A program made the position numbers and the translations under genes. The notes under the pieces are model-generated. The model did no database searches. It was not told the origin of the DNA and saw only the letters and a list, made by a program, of their open reading frames with translations. Shown here in pieces: positions 39,267 through 52,279 of a DNA stretch of 64,000 nt; within the stretch, counting starts at the first letter, position 1; each line of letters begins with the position of its first letter. The DNA comes from Patescibacteria group bacterium (GTDB taxonomy: Bacteria; Patescibacteriota; UBA1384; XYA2-FULL-43-10; 1-14-0-10-43-13), in assembly GCA_041671645.1 (NCBI GenBank), contig JBAZBD010000001.1, positions 337,217 to 401,216 on the forward strand. The letters are read 5' to 3'.

Positions 39267-39950
39267 ATGAGTAATACAGTTCCAAAACATATCGGATTTA
39301 TCCTAGACGGCAATAGGCGCTGGGCCAAGGAGAGGGGAATGACTTCGTTTCAGGGCCATGATGCGGGATTCAAAAGAGCCAAAGAGATCATTGATTATGC
39401 CAACAACCAGGGGCTGGAAGCGATCACGATGTACTGTTTTTCCAAGGAGAATTGGAGCCGATCCAAGGAGGAGGTGGGTTATCTGATGGCGATCTTCACT
39501 AATTTTGTCAAGAATTTTCTGGATGAGTTGCATGGGAAGAATATGCAGTTGAGACATCTGGGAGATCTCGAAGGCTTGTCCAAGGGGTTAGTCAAAGTCA
39601 TCGGGGAAGCGTTGGAGAAGACCAAAGACAACACTGGCTTGGTGGTCCAGCTTGCCCTGAACTATACGGGACGGGATGAGATCAAGAGGGCCGTCGAAAA
39701 GCTAGTTGAAAAGAAATTACCAGTCACAATTGAGAATATTTCTGACAATCTGGACACTTCTGGCACCTCTGACCCCGATCTGATCGTTCGCACTTCTGGC
39801 GAACAGCGCCTCTCTGGCTTTTTGCTCTGGCAGGCGTCTTATTCAGAATTTTATTTTGCCAAGGTTCATTGGCCAGATTTTACGACGCTAGAGTTCGACA
39901 AGGCCGTACTAGAATATAACAGCCGTCAACGACGCTTCGGCGGGAATTAA
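39267..39950 (+). CDS. uppS: Undecaprenyl-diphosphate synthase (isoprenyl transferase)
   Basis: HIGFILDGNRRWA and further cis-prenyltransferase motifs (RTSGEQRLS.FLLWQ). Confidence 0.9.
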   Translation: MSNTVPKHIGFILDGNRRWAKERGMTSFQGHDAGFKRAKEIIDYANNQGLEAITMYCFSKENWSRSKEEVGYLMAIFTNFVKNFLDELHGKNMQLRHLGDLEGLSKGLVKVIGEALEKTKDNTGLVVQLALNYTGRDEIKRAVEKLVEKKLPVTIENISDNLDTSGTSDPDLIVRTSGEQRLSGFLLWQASYSEFYFAKVHWPDFTTLEFDKAVLEYNSRQRRFGGN

Positions 39951-39954
39951 TATT

Positions 39955-40398
39955 ATGATTACTACCGTTCACGTAATTTCAGGGGGATTGCTGGGCGAAA
40001 GCATTGGAGATCCATTTCTGGCTTTTGCGGCCGGCATTATTCTTCATTTTATCCTCGATGCCATACCACACTTTGATAATCTTCTAGAAGACGGGGAGTG
40101 GACCTGGAAACAGTGGGTCTTCACTAGCGCCGATCTATTGTTGATGACTTCGCTACTAATTTTCCTGAAGCCAGAGCTGTCTCTCTCCAGCCCGTTCCTC
40201 TGGGGCGCTTTTGGCGGACTCTTGCCTGATATCTTGGACAACGTCCCATTTTGGCGCAAAAAGTTCCGAAGTACATACTTTGGCGGGAAGTTGCGTGCTT
40301 TTCACCAAGGGATCCATCCCAAAGGCAAGCAGAGCGTTTTTTGGGGTGCTATTACTCAAATTGCCGCTCTAACTCTCTTTTATTTCCTCTCTCGATAG
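39955..40398 (+). CDS. Hypothetical membrane protein (147 aa)
   Basis: Three or four hydrophobic segments. Tightly follows uppS. Not CdsA-like. Confidence 0.45.
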   Translation: MITTVHVISGGLLGESIGDPFLAFAAGIILHFILDAIPHFDNLLEDGEWTWKQWVFTSADLLLMTSLLIFLKPELSLSSPFLWGAFGGLLPDILDNVPFWRKKFRSTYFGGKLRAFHQGIHPKGKQSVFWGAITQIAALTLFYFLSR

Positions 40399-40438
40399 AG
40401 AGCGAGCTTTTCCCCAACAATTTTGTCCACAATAAGTG

Positions 40439-40467
40439 TTGACAATACCTGCTCAGTTTGCTAATCT
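40439..40467 (+). promoter_or_regulatory. Putative 23S-5S promoter (-35 TTGACA, 17 nt, -10 TAATCT)
   Basis: Consensus -35 at 40439..40444 and -10 at 40462..40467, about 400 nt upstream of the 23S processing stem. Confidence 0.45.
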
Positions 40468-40865
40468 CTTTTTAGTATCAAAAATTGATCTTCATCACAC
40501 TACACAAGGGGGGTCGCAGGTACAATATTCGCCATCGGCGGACAATTATCTGTGATATTAATTTTTTGTCTGGAACAACCAGGCATTTCAGTCGGGGCCA
40601 AAGAGTGCAACTATAAGGTAAAGGTATTTTATACATTGCACTTTTACTTTGTACTTTGACAATTATATAGCGGTAATATGTTCATATAGGTGAATCATAT
40701 TACGGCAAAAAACGTAAAATACTGTAATTTTACAAAGAACTTTGAAAACTCAGCTTTGCTGAGGTGTGCTTGCAGCGCATTTCAAAGTAAAAATATTCTT
40801 CCGATATAAAAAATTTCTCAAATAGTAAACTTTTGTAACCAGCTTTTAGCTGGATCCAGAAATTA

Positions 40866-43780
<2,915 letters not shown>

Positions 43781-43989
43781 AATTTCTGGATTCGTCCAGA
43801 ACTTATCGAGCGTTTAAGATACTTTGGTGTTGGCTCGTCCTTCGACTTCTCTTTCCGCCGATGGCGGATAGCGAGTCGATATGGGATAAGCTGGTGCCAG
43901 AGATCGAGCTCATGTTTTTTTCAAATGTGAGTGTGGCAATATTGCCACACTCCGTGTGCAAGAAACAAATATTGAGACTTTAGAAAGTT

Positions 43990-44112
<123 letters not shown>

Positions 44113-44201
44113 GAGTTTTCTAAAGTCTTTTTTTGTACCAAAAAATCGGGTTTGCCTCCGATATTTTTTTGGTTAATTTTTTTAATATCTGAAAACAGAC
44201 G

Positions 44202-44795
44202 TTATTTCCCGATGCCTTGGCTGTATCGGAAGAGATAAAAGTTGTCATCGGCGAGAGTATTTGGTGCCATGCTTGCGCTTGTGCAAGTCAAATTTTTTAT
44301 GCTTGTGATATCCTCTGCTATCGAGATTTCCAATTTTGATAAAATATAAAATCCCTGTCCGTTACTGCATTTTTCCTGAAAATAATCATAACGGCATTTA
44401 CTGCTAGGACTAATCCCAGCATAGCAGCCCTCATCTTTGAAGAGTGGGTCGTGTGGGACTGATCCGGTGAAATATCCGCCTTCAACCAGTTTCTGTGCTA
44501 TTGAAATCGGATATGTGCTCGGTGTCTGGGTCACGTCAAGCCATGAAATCCAGCCCCAACCATCACCGCTAAGACCGGTCCCGGGGATATAATAGTTTCC
44601 CGTGTCCTGATAGAGCAGAGAGTATGCTGTGTTGATTTGACCCACGTCACTTTTTCTTCTGGAATCACGTGCCTTCTTCTGCGCAGTTGTCAGATTGACC
44701 ACGACAACAGTCGCCAAAATACCGATGATGGCGACGACTACCAGGAGCTCGATAAGGGTAAAGCCAGAATGAAATTTTTTCGGGCTTGCTTTCAT
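44202..44795 (-). CDS. Type IV pilin / pseudopilin (prepilin-type N-terminal cleavage/methylation domain), paralog 3
   Basis: N-terminus KKFHSGFTLIELLVVVAIIGILATVVVVNLTTAQKKARDSRR is a class III signal G/FTLIE plus hydrophobic helix. Confidence 0.8.
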   Translation of the reverse strand: MKASPKKFHSGFTLIELLVVVAIIGILATVVVVNLTTAQKKARDSRRKSDVGQINTAYSLLYQDTGNYYIPGTGLSGDGWGWISWLDVTQTPSTYPISIAQKLVEGGYFTGSVPHDPLFKDEGCYAGISPSSKCRYDYFQEKCSNGQGFYILSKLEISIAEDITSIKNLTCTSASMAPNTLADDNFYLFRYSQGIGK

Positions 44796-45400
44796 TAGCT
44801 CCCTATTTTTATAACGAAGAAATTATTCACGTCTTGGCGGTCGGTATATGAAGTGTTCCAAACCGTACTGTCTACAGCACCACTTCCTTTTAAGTTTGTC
44901 AGTATGGTGGTGGCGCCCGGGACGCCTGATGAATTTGCAAGATTACTGTTTGGCGTGTCTAATCCTGTCCATAAGTAATATGTGGTTGCTAAGTAGGTGG
45001 GAACTGCGCAATCCAGACCCTGCACACCCGTATAATACACATACTGAACATTGTAGGCATGGTTCGGGTCTTTGCGCGTATCGTATCTAACGACTGGGTC
45101 TACGGGCATGGTGGGCAAATATGCAGGCACGAGTATCTTCTTAAAATTTTGTTCTTTGACTGTCCAGCTGGTATTCGCACAAGCACTGTCGTAGTAGCTG
45201 CTGCTGCCCCTGGCCATTGCTTCAAGCTGAACAGCTTTATTTATCTCTTGAATATCGGAAACTCTCTTGGCGTCTCTGGCTTTCTTCTGCGCAGTTGTCA
45301 GATTGACCACGACAACAGTCGTCAAAATACCGATGATGGCGACAACCACCAGAAGTTCTATGAGGGTAAAAGCTCTATTTCTTGTCTGTTGTTTTTTCAT
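44795..45400 (-). CDS. Type IV pilin / pseudopilin, paralog 2
   Basis: RAFTLIELLVVVAIIGILTTVVVVNLTTAQKKARDAKRVSDI. A start/stop overlap couples it to paralog 3. Confidence 0.8.
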   Translation of the reverse strand: MKKQQTRNRAFTLIELLVVVAIIGILTTVVVVNLTTAQKKARDAKRVSDIQEINKAVQLEAMARGSSSYYDSACANTSWTVKEQNFKKILVPAYLPTMPVDPVVRYDTRKDPNHAYNVQYVYYTGVQGLDCAVPTYLATTYYLWTGLDTPNSNLANSSGVPGATTILTNLKGSGAVDSTVWNTSYTDRQDVNNFFVIKIGS

Positions 45401-45418
45401 CTTAAAAAAATTGTTTGC

Positions 45419-46024
45419 CTACAAAATCCAACCAGGTTGGTCAATAATAGTAGGAACGTCGCAATCAGTTTTCCCGCCAAGGTTCCAACCGCCATCTTGC
45501 ACGGAATTGCCCCATTCAGGCTTTGTTTCCAAGAATTGACCGTAACATGTTTTGTCACCATAGTTGCCAGCGGTTGTCTCGAGCCAGGCTCGGATAACAA
45601 TACCGTTCGACGGGCCCAAATTATTATTATATATATACTTGAAGGCAATATTTCTATTGGTTGGATCCGTTGGGAGGACTGAAATATAGTTTCGAAAGTT
45701 GTCCGCCAAAATATTGCCTGTTCCCAAGTGCCCGTGAGTGTTGTTGCCTTGTATGTACTGCGCCCCGTAGTAACACCAATCGGTGGCCCCCCTGCCGCCG
45801 CACGAGTCGTCTTTGGCTGGATATGTGCCATTGTCTAATTTATAAAGCCTCGCCGCTGTAGCGACGCTCTCTATATCAGAGATTCTTTTCGCATCCCTGG
45901 CTTTCTTCTGAGCAGTCGTCAAATTGATCACGACAACAGTCGCCAAAATTCCAATGATGGCGACGACTACAAGAAGTTCTATCAATGTAAAACCCCTCCT
46001 GTTTTGCATGTCAATATTATACAA
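45419..46024 (-). CDS. Type IV pilin / pseudopilin, paralog 1
   Basis: RGFTLIELLVVVAIIGILATVVVINLTTAQKKARDAKRISDI. GspG/PilA-like N-terminus. A terminator hairpin aatacccccg..cgggggtatt sits upstream at 46048..46077. Confidence 0.8.
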   Translation of the reverse strand: MYNIDMQNRRGFTLIELLVVVAIIGILATVVVINLTTAQKKARDAKRISDIESVATAARLYKLDNGTYPAKDDSCGGRGATDWCYYGAQYIQGNNTHGHLGTGNILADNFRNYISVLPTDPTNRNIAFKYIYNNNLGPSNGIVIRAWLETTAGNYGDKTCYGQFLETKPEWGNSVQDGGWNLGGKTDCDVPTIIDQPGWIL

Positions 46025-46175
46025 GACAATTGGTAAATAAAAAATACCCCCGATTGCTCGGGGGTATTTTTGTGACTAGGCGCCGCAACCGGTGCAGCCG
46101 CCGCATGATCCTGGATCAATTGTCATAATATGCCTTATTTTAATTATTCTTATTTAATTATACCAAACCTGTCAA

Positions 46176-46520
46176 TTAGAGCAGAATCGCCTCGCGCAGG
46201 AGCGGAATGATTTCGCCATATGATTTGGCGGCGATACGGTAAGCAGAACGACCCTTCTCGGTCAGGGAATAGAGAATTCGGACGCGAGAACCAGCGGCAA
46301 CTTCGTGAGTGGTGGCGTAGCCTTCGTTTTTCAATTGCTCAAGCGCTGGGTAAATCGTTGACTCGGTTGGTCGACAAGTGCCCTCGGAAAGCTCTTCAAT
46401 TCTTTTGACAATACGATAACCGTAGGATTCTTTGTCCTTGTAAAGTGTTTTTAATAGGAAGAATTTAATCAGTCCCTGATTGATTAATTTCCGCCAGTAG
46501 CCTTCATTGGTCAAATCCAC
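46176..46520 (-). CDS. PadR-family transcriptional regulator
   Basis: GYRIVKRIEELSEG...ESTIYPALEQLKNEGY...YSLTEKG winged-helix PadR pattern. Confidence 0.75.
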   Translation of the reverse strand: MDLTNEGYWRKLINQGLIKFFLLKTLYKDKESYGYRIVKRIEELSEGTCRPTESTIYPALEQLKNEGYATTHEVAAGSRVRILYSLTEKGRSAYRIAAKSYGEIIPLLREAILL

Positions 46521-46682
46521 AATTCACTCCGCAAATTAGTTTTATTGCTAATATTTTTAGAATTGAAAAAGCGAGTTCCCTCGCTCGTCGTCGTATCTTT
46601 AACTTATATCAATCTCACTATCTTGTCAACCGTGTTGAGATTTCGGAATTGTGCTATAATTTGGCCGAAGGAAGTGAATCAA

Positions 46683-47567
46683 ATGCCAGAATTACCAGAA
46701 GTTGAGACAATCAGACGTGGGCTCAAGGAAGTTATTTGCGGGAAAGCGATAACTAATTTTGAGAAACGTGACGTTAAAGTTATCCAATTTGAGCCCAAGG
46801 AGATTATTGGTGCCAAAATTATCGATGTCGAGCGCCGAGCCAAGATTCTCATCTTCAAGCTGGATAACAAAAAGTCGATTTTGACACATTTGAAAATGAC
46901 GGGGCAACTGATTTGGGAGGAAAGTGCGGGAGGCAAGGATTTCCAGCTGAAGAAATCTCGGGTGGCTGGCGGTCATCCTAGCCCAGATTGGGTGGCCAAA
47001 TTGCCAAACGTTCATACACGTTCGATTTTTTATTTTGATGATAATTCGGTTTTGTTCTTCAACGATTTACGTCGTTTTGGCTATATGAAATTGTATGATA
47101 CGAAGGATCTGGATAATCTGACTGAATTGAAAAAGTTAGGTCCAGAGCCATTTTCTGACCAGTTTACCGTAGACTACCTGATGCGAAAGGCGTCCAAGAT
47201 CCCAAATCGCAAGATTAAGCAATTCATCACAGACCAGGAAATTATTTCCGGAGTAGGCAATATTTATGTCGATGAAGCTCTATTTTACGCCAAGATTTCG
47301 CCGCTTCGATTGGTCAAGGATATCAAGCTTTCGGAGTGGGGACGGATCCGCGAATCAATTGTTAAAGCGTTGGAACTAGGATTAAAATATGGCGGGTCCT
47401 CCGAGGATACTTATGTCGACGCTTTTGGTAATCAGGGCACGATGAACGATCACACCAATGTATACCGACACACCGGCGCGTATTGTCCTGACGGTTGTGA
47501 TGATACAATTAAGAGAATAACGCTTGGCGGACGCGGTACGCATTATTGCCCGAGCTGCCAGAAATAA
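46683..47567 (+). CDS. mutM: Formamidopyrimidine-DNA glycosylase (Fpg/Nei family)
   Basis: N-terminal MPELPEVETIRRGL with catalytic Pro2 and Glu3. C-terminal CPxC...CPSC zinc finger. The track ORF begins 138 nt too early. Confidence 0.85.
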   Translation: MPELPEVETIRRGLKEVICGKAITNFEKRDVKVIQFEPKEIIGAKIIDVERRAKILIFKLDNKKSILTHLKMTGQLIWEESAGGKDFQLKKSRVAGGHPSPDWVAKLPNVHTRSIFYFDDNSVLFFNDLRRFGYMKLYDTKDLDNLTELKKLGPEPFSDQFTVDYLMRKASKIPNRKIKQFITDQEIISGVGNIYVDEALFYAKISPLRLVKDIKLSEWGRIRESIVKALELGLKYGGSSEDTYVDAFGNQGTMNDHTNVYRHTGAYCPDGCDDTIKRITLGGRGTHYCPSCQK

Positions 47568-47575
47568 GGAAGAAA

Positions 47576-47965
47576 ATGGAATTTGAAAATGAAGATGAAA
47601 AATTTTTGGTCGAAGAATTAGTTAATTTATTCGACACTTTGCCGGAGCGGATGAACGAAGAACTTGCCAAGGGCGGCAATGATTGGTTGGCCGCTTATGG
47701 CTCAGTCTTGCAGAGCGTTTCTGGCTTCGCTGAATCTCCGGATGGCAAGAAATTCTTGCCAAACAAATACTGTTTGCCCGGAAAATACGAAGAAGCGATG
47801 GGAGATTTGCAAGCATTAAAAGACGAATATAAATCGTTAGCTCCGGGGGTCAAGGATCGTCCAGACATTTCGGACGAGAAAAAAGAGGAGCTTGTAAAAA
47901 GTTTACAACAGATCGGTACGAAACTTGGCTTGCCAAGCGACCTTGAAAATAGTCCCAAGCTTTGA
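47576..47965 (+). CDS. Hypothetical protein (129 aa)
   Basis: ATG after RBS aaggaag. The track ORF start MPELPEI lies in the fpg 3' overlap and is probably spurious. Terminator at 48073..48100. Confidence 0.45.
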   Translation: MEFENEDEKFLVEELVNLFDTLPERMNEELAKGGNDWLAAYGSVLQSVSGFAESPDGKKFLPNKYCLPGKYEEAMGDLQALKDEYKSLAPGVKDRPDISDEKKEELVKSLQQIGTKLGLPSDLENSPKL

Positions 47966-48164
47966 TAGTATATTTGTAATGAATCTTATCGCTAACAAAA
48001 ACTGGTTTTTCTTTTACTTTACTCTGACCAAGGGCCAGTCTATTTAGCGTATTACTCAAAAAACGTTGAAGCTACTGGCCAGATGGCCAGTTTTTTGTTT
48101 TTATGGGCCTTGGATCATTCTAAGGCTCCGTACGAAGCAAAAATTCCCCAAAAAGGAGATCCCC

Positions 48165-48467
48165 ATGAGAAAGGACTATTTTGTTCGAGATCCTTTCGGC
48201 CCCGAAGGCGAGAAAAAGCATCTGTCTGACCGTGAACGTTACGACGAAATTTGGAAGGTAAGCATGAAGGCTCTGGAGCATCATGCGTCTCTCCACATTG
48301 GAGACGTAACAGGGGTCATCATCCTGACAATCCAGGGCGCCAATCTGCGCACCGTTCGCAAGCGGGCAAAATTTCTCGAGTCGCTCGGCCCAGGCCGCCA
48401 ATTCGCGGTCAAGCGCTACATCACTCAGATGGTCAGCGCTCACTACTATCCTTTGTTCGCGAATTAA
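48165..48467 (+). CDS. Hypothetical protein (100 aa)
   Basis: ATG after RBS aaaggaga. Upstream in-frame sequence lacks an RBS. Confidence 0.4.
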   Translation: MRKDYFVRDPFGPEGEKKHLSDRERYDEIWKVSMKALEHHASLHIGDVTGVIILTIQGANLRTVRKRAKFLESLGPGRQFAVKRYITQMVSAHYYPLFAN

Positions 48468-48550
48468 CTCTACCCTATGAGGTGTCCGATCTGGACACCT
48501 CCTTTTATTTCTTGCTATACTTTCTTCATAAAAGTAACGGATTACTGATT

Positions 48551-49321
48551 ATGGAAAAATACGCAGCGATTATCCTTGCCGCTGGCAAGGGCACCAGGAT
48601 GAACGACGGTTCTGATTCACCGATTCCGAAAGTAATGTTTGAGATTGCTGGCGAGCCGATCATCCGCCATAGTGTCGATTTGATCAGGCATGCGGGCATA
48701 GATGATGTCGTCTTGGTAGTCGGGTACAAGAAGGAGCTGATCGAGGATTTTTTCAAAGACGAAGTATCTTACGCTGTTCAAGAAAATCAGCTTGGTACTG
48801 GCCATGCCGCGGCGATGGCCAAGCCACTTTTGCGGGGCAAGACTGAGTCAATCATCATTTTTTACGGTGACAATCCACTCTACAAGCCGAGCACGGTGAA
48901 GAAAATTATCGAACTTTATGAACAAGAAAAACCAACTGTGGCGATGCTTTCGGTCGTATTTGACGATCCAAAGTTTTGGGGATTTGGCCGAATTCTGCGC
49001 GATGATAGTGGCGAAGTGATAGGAATTGTGGAGCAAAAGGATTGCACACCAGAGGAGTCCCTAGTCAAAGAGTCAAACCCAGGGTTCTACATCTTTAACG
49101 CTGAATGGTTTTGGGATAATATAGAGAAAATAGGCAATGAGAATGCTCAGCATGAATTTTATTTGACCGATATGATTGTGAAGGCCAAGGAGCAGAACAA
49201 GCGAATTGTGGCTATGCCCGTCTCGAGAGAGTCGGAAGCGCTCGGTATCAATAACCCCGATCAATTGGCGCTCGCAGAAAAAATATTGAAAGAAAGAATC
49301 GAGGAAAATGACAGAAGCTAA
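48551..49321 (+). CDS. GlmU-like sugar-1-phosphate uridylyltransferase domain protein (no acetyltransferase domain)
   Basis: ILAAGKGTRM, QLGTGHA, YGDNPL and EFYLTD align with the GlmU N-terminal domain. The gene stops after about 256 aa with no LbH repeats. Confidence 0.75.
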   Translation: MEKYAAIILAAGKGTRMNDGSDSPIPKVMFEIAGEPIIRHSVDLIRHAGIDDVVLVVGYKKELIEDFFKDEVSYAVQENQLGTGHAAAMAKPLLRGKTESIIIFYGDNPLYKPSTVKKIIELYEQEKPTVAMLSVVFDDPKFWGFGRILRDDSGEVIGIVEQKDCTPEESLVKESNPGFYIFNAEWFWDNIEKIGNENAQHEFYLTDMIVKAKEQNKRIVAMPVSRESEALGINNPDQLALAEKILKERIEENDRS

Positions 49322-49613
49322 GGTTCAAGAGAAAGTAGGAGGGCTGAAGGACGAGCTTACTGATGTCGTTAGAGATGAGCAATCGAAGGAAAAGGCGATG
49401 ATGCTGTTGGACTACAAGATCAAAACGATCCACGATTCTACTCGGACCGATTTTTCTCCGATGGCCAAAGTGCATAACAATCTGAGGATGAGATTTCCAT
49501 GGTACTACAATTGGCACATCAGCCCCTGGAGTTCCGTCACACATCGTCTTATTCTATTGCTACTTATTATCGCGATTATTTTTCTTTTCTATATCACCAA
49601 GTCTGGCAACTAG
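49308..49613 (+). CDS. Hypothetical protein with C-terminal TM anchor
   Basis: 101 aa. Overlaps the upstream stop by 14 nt. C-terminus LILLLLIIAIIFLFYI. Confidence 0.4.
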   Translation: MTEAKVQEKVGGLKDELTDVVRDEQSKEKAMMLLDYKIKTIHDSTRTDFSPMAKVHNNLRMRFPWYYNWHISPWSSVTHRLILLLLIIAIIFLFYITKSGN

Positions 49614-49656
49614 TCTACCTGTTGCATTTTTGCTCTCAATATCGTTTGATTAGCTT

Positions 49657-50394
49657 ATGCCAAATCAACTAAGAGTTAGAGCGGTAGTCTTGAAAGGTAC
49701 CAATTTTGGCGAAGCCGATCGTATTTTGACGGTTTTGACAGATCGACTCGGCAAGATCAAAGTGATGGCCAAGGGGATTCGCAAGATCAAGTCTCACCTA
49801 GCTGGAGCGCTGGAGCCTTTTATGCTGGTCGATTTGCAATTGCATGAGGGAAAAACTTTCTATATCGTGACCGGAGCGGCAATAGAGCGGCCCTTTCACT
49901 CTCTGCATGAAAATTTTGGAAAAGTCGGCCAAGCATTCTACTTTGGAGAATTAGTCGACCGATTTATCGAGGAACGGCAGAAAATCCCCGAAATATTCCA
50001 ATTATTTGAAAACGGACTCGAGCAGATAGAGATAGGGATCAGGTCGATAGTTTTGAGGGGATTCGAGCTCAAAATCGTCGAATATGCCGGGTTCAAACCC
50101 GAGCTAAATAATTGTGTCCACTGCAAAGAGAAAATTGCACCAGGTGAAAATTTTTGGGATTCGGTCGAAGGTGGTATAATTTGCACAAATTGTCAGAAGA
50201 TTCATCACCACGGCGAGCGGATAGGGGACGAAGCGGTCAAATTGCTCCATTTCTTCGAGCGAAGTGACTTGGGCACGATTAGCCGACTCAAGCTGGCCGA
50301 ATCAGCCGAGAAGGAAGTCGAAAAAATTCTGGCCAATTATGTAGGGAGCATCCTAGAGCGAGAGCTGAAGAGCAAAATATTTTTGATAAAATAA
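49657..50394 (+). CDS. recO: DNA repair protein RecO
   Basis: N-terminal OB fold (RAVVLKGTNFGEADRILTVLT) and C-terminal CVHC...CTNC zinc motif. Confidence 0.85.
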   Translation: MPNQLRVRAVVLKGTNFGEADRILTVLTDRLGKIKVMAKGIRKIKSHLAGALEPFMLVDLQLHEGKTFYIVTGAAIERPFHSLHENFGKVGQAFYFGELVDRFIEERQKIPEIFQLFENGLEQIEIGIRSIVLRGFELKIVEYAGFKPELNNCVHCKEKIAPGENFWDSVEGGIICTNCQKIHHHGERIGDEAVKLLHFFERSDLGTISRLKLAESAEKEVEKILANYVGSILERELKSKIFLIK

Positions 50395-50397
50395 AAT

Positions 50398-50706
50398 GTG
50401 AGGTATGAAATGAGCGAAGTGACAAATTATGGCATAGGGAATCTTGGCCTTCCTGACCAAAACAAATTTCGAGTGATGTCATGCGGCGCTATTGACCGTG
50501 AACAAATTGTGAGTGAGAATTGGGCGTTAGTTTTTAAATTCAATCAGGACAATTTGTCGGAGTGGAATAAGGCTGTCGATATCGTAGACCAAACCAACAG
50601 AAAACAGTGGGATGTCGCGACTGGCCCCGATCCTGATGATGACACCAAATCTGCGGTCTACAGACGCACAATTGATCCCTCTGGGCAGTTGAGCCTCGGC
50701 AATTAG
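50398..50706 (+). CDS. Hypothetical protein (102 aa)
   Basis: ORF immediately after recO. No family recognised. Confidence 0.35.
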   Translation: MRYEMSEVTNYGIGNLGLPDQNKFRVMSCGAIDREQIVSENWALVFKFNQDNLSEWNKAVDIVDQTNRKQWDVATGPDPDDDTKSAVYRRTIDPSGQLSLGN

Positions 50707-50774
50707 TCGATTGTAAGAACTAACTTTATCGAGGGATTTTTTTCTGCTATAGTAGGGTTACTTAATCGAAGGAA

Positions 50775-52154
50775 ATGATGGGCAAGAACGACAAGATGGA
50801 AAAAATAATTTCACTTTGTAAGAGGCGTGGTTTTGTCTATCCGTCCTCTGAAATTTATGGCGGATTTGCCAATGCATACGATTTTGGCCCACTCGGGTCT
50901 CAGATGAAGAAAAATATCAAAGACGAGTGGTGGAGACGCTTCGTCACATTTCGTGATGATGTTGTTGGTCTCGATAGCGCTATCATCCAAAATCCCAAAG
51001 TATGGCAGGCGTCGGGACATCTGACCTCTTTTTCCGACCCGCTTTTTGAGTGCAAGAAGTGCAACCAGCGTTTCCGAGTTGATCATGCCAACGAAGCCAA
51101 AGAGAAATACAAGAATCACGAGGAGATGACGAAGGAAGAGAAGGCTATGGTAGTCTGCCCACAGGGCGGCGAGCATAGTTTCACTGATGCCAAAGAATTC
51201 AACTTGATGTTCAAGACCTTCATCGGGGTGACCGATGATTCCTCGTCTGTGGCCTATTTGCGTCCAGAGACAGCTCAGGGAATATTCATCAATTTCCAAA
51301 ATGTATTGCAATCTACTCGGGTGAAAATTCCTTTTGGTATAGCCCAAATCGGCAAGGCTTTTCGCAATGAGATTACCCCTGGCAACTTCATATTTCGCAC
51401 CCGTGAATTTGAACAGATGGAGATCGAATTTTTTGTCGCTCCAGACAAGGCGGAGTCGAAGAAGTGGCATGACTTTTGGATCGAACAGGTCAAAAATTTC
51501 TATTTGGATCTTGGAGTCAATCCAGAAAATCTGAAACTTCGAGCTCATGACAAATCAGAATTATCTCACTATTCTGCCGGGACGACCGATATTGAATATG
51601 AATTTCCTTTTGGCACCTCAGAATTAGCTGGAATTGCCCAGCGAACCGATTATGACTTGTCTGAACACGAGAAGGCTTCTGGCCAGGAGCTCAAATATTT
51701 TGATGAAGAATCTGGCAAGAAATTCACTCCCTATGTGATTGAGCCCTCCCAAGGTGTTGATCGCGCGATGTTGGCTTTCCTTGTTGATGCGTATGACGAA
51801 TCAGACGGCACGGACGGACGCAAGGAGGGGGAAGTTACTATGAGAATTCATCCCAAATTGGCGCCAGTTAAGGTTGGAATTTTCCCACTGGTCAAGAAGG
51901 AAGGTTTGCCAGAAATCGCCAAGAAAATCTCAGAGGATCTGAAAAGGCATGGTATCACTACATTTTATGATGAATCAGGCTCTGTGGGGCGCCGTTATCG
52001 TCGACAGGACGAGATTGGCACTCCTTGGTGTATCACGGTAGATTTCGACTCTCTGACTGACAAATCTGTCACACTGAGAGATCGTGACACGATGGAGCAA
52101 GAGAGAGTATCAATTGCAGAAATTGCTACTTTGATTGCTGGCAAATTGAGATAA
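50775..52154 (+). CDS. glyQS: Glycyl-tRNA synthetase (alpha2 dimeric type)
   Basis: N-terminus EKIISLCKRRGFVYPSSEIYGGFANAYDFGPLG and class II motifs. Terminator aatcagctc..gagctgatt plus T-run at 52209..52241. Confidence 0.9.
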   Translation: MMGKNDKMEKIISLCKRRGFVYPSSEIYGGFANAYDFGPLGSQMKKNIKDEWWRRFVTFRDDVVGLDSAIIQNPKVWQASGHLTSFSDPLFECKKCNQRFRVDHANEAKEKYKNHEEMTKEEKAMVVCPQGGEHSFTDAKEFNLMFKTFIGVTDDSSSVAYLRPETAQGIFINFQNVLQSTRVKIPFGIAQIGKAFRNEITPGNFIFRTREFEQMEIEFFVAPDKAESKKWHDFWIEQVKNFYLDLGVNPENLKLRAHDKSELSHYSAGTTDIEYEFPFGTSELAGIAQRTDYDLSEHEKASGQELKYFDEESGKKFTPYVIEPSQGVDRAMLAFLVDAYDESDGTDGRKEGEVTMRIHPKLAPVKVGIFPLVKKEGLPEIAKKISEDLKRHGITTFYDESGSVGRRYRRQDEIGTPWCITVDFDSLTDKSVTLRDRDTMEQERVSIAEIATLIAGKLR

Positions 52155-52279
52155 GATATCCCTTTGAGATTTAATAGTTGGTTCTGATCGAATAATACTG
52201 CCAAAATATAAAAAATCAGCTCTTCTGGAGCTGATTTTTTTGGTATGCAGAAATATCCACAATATATGGGGCTTTTTGG

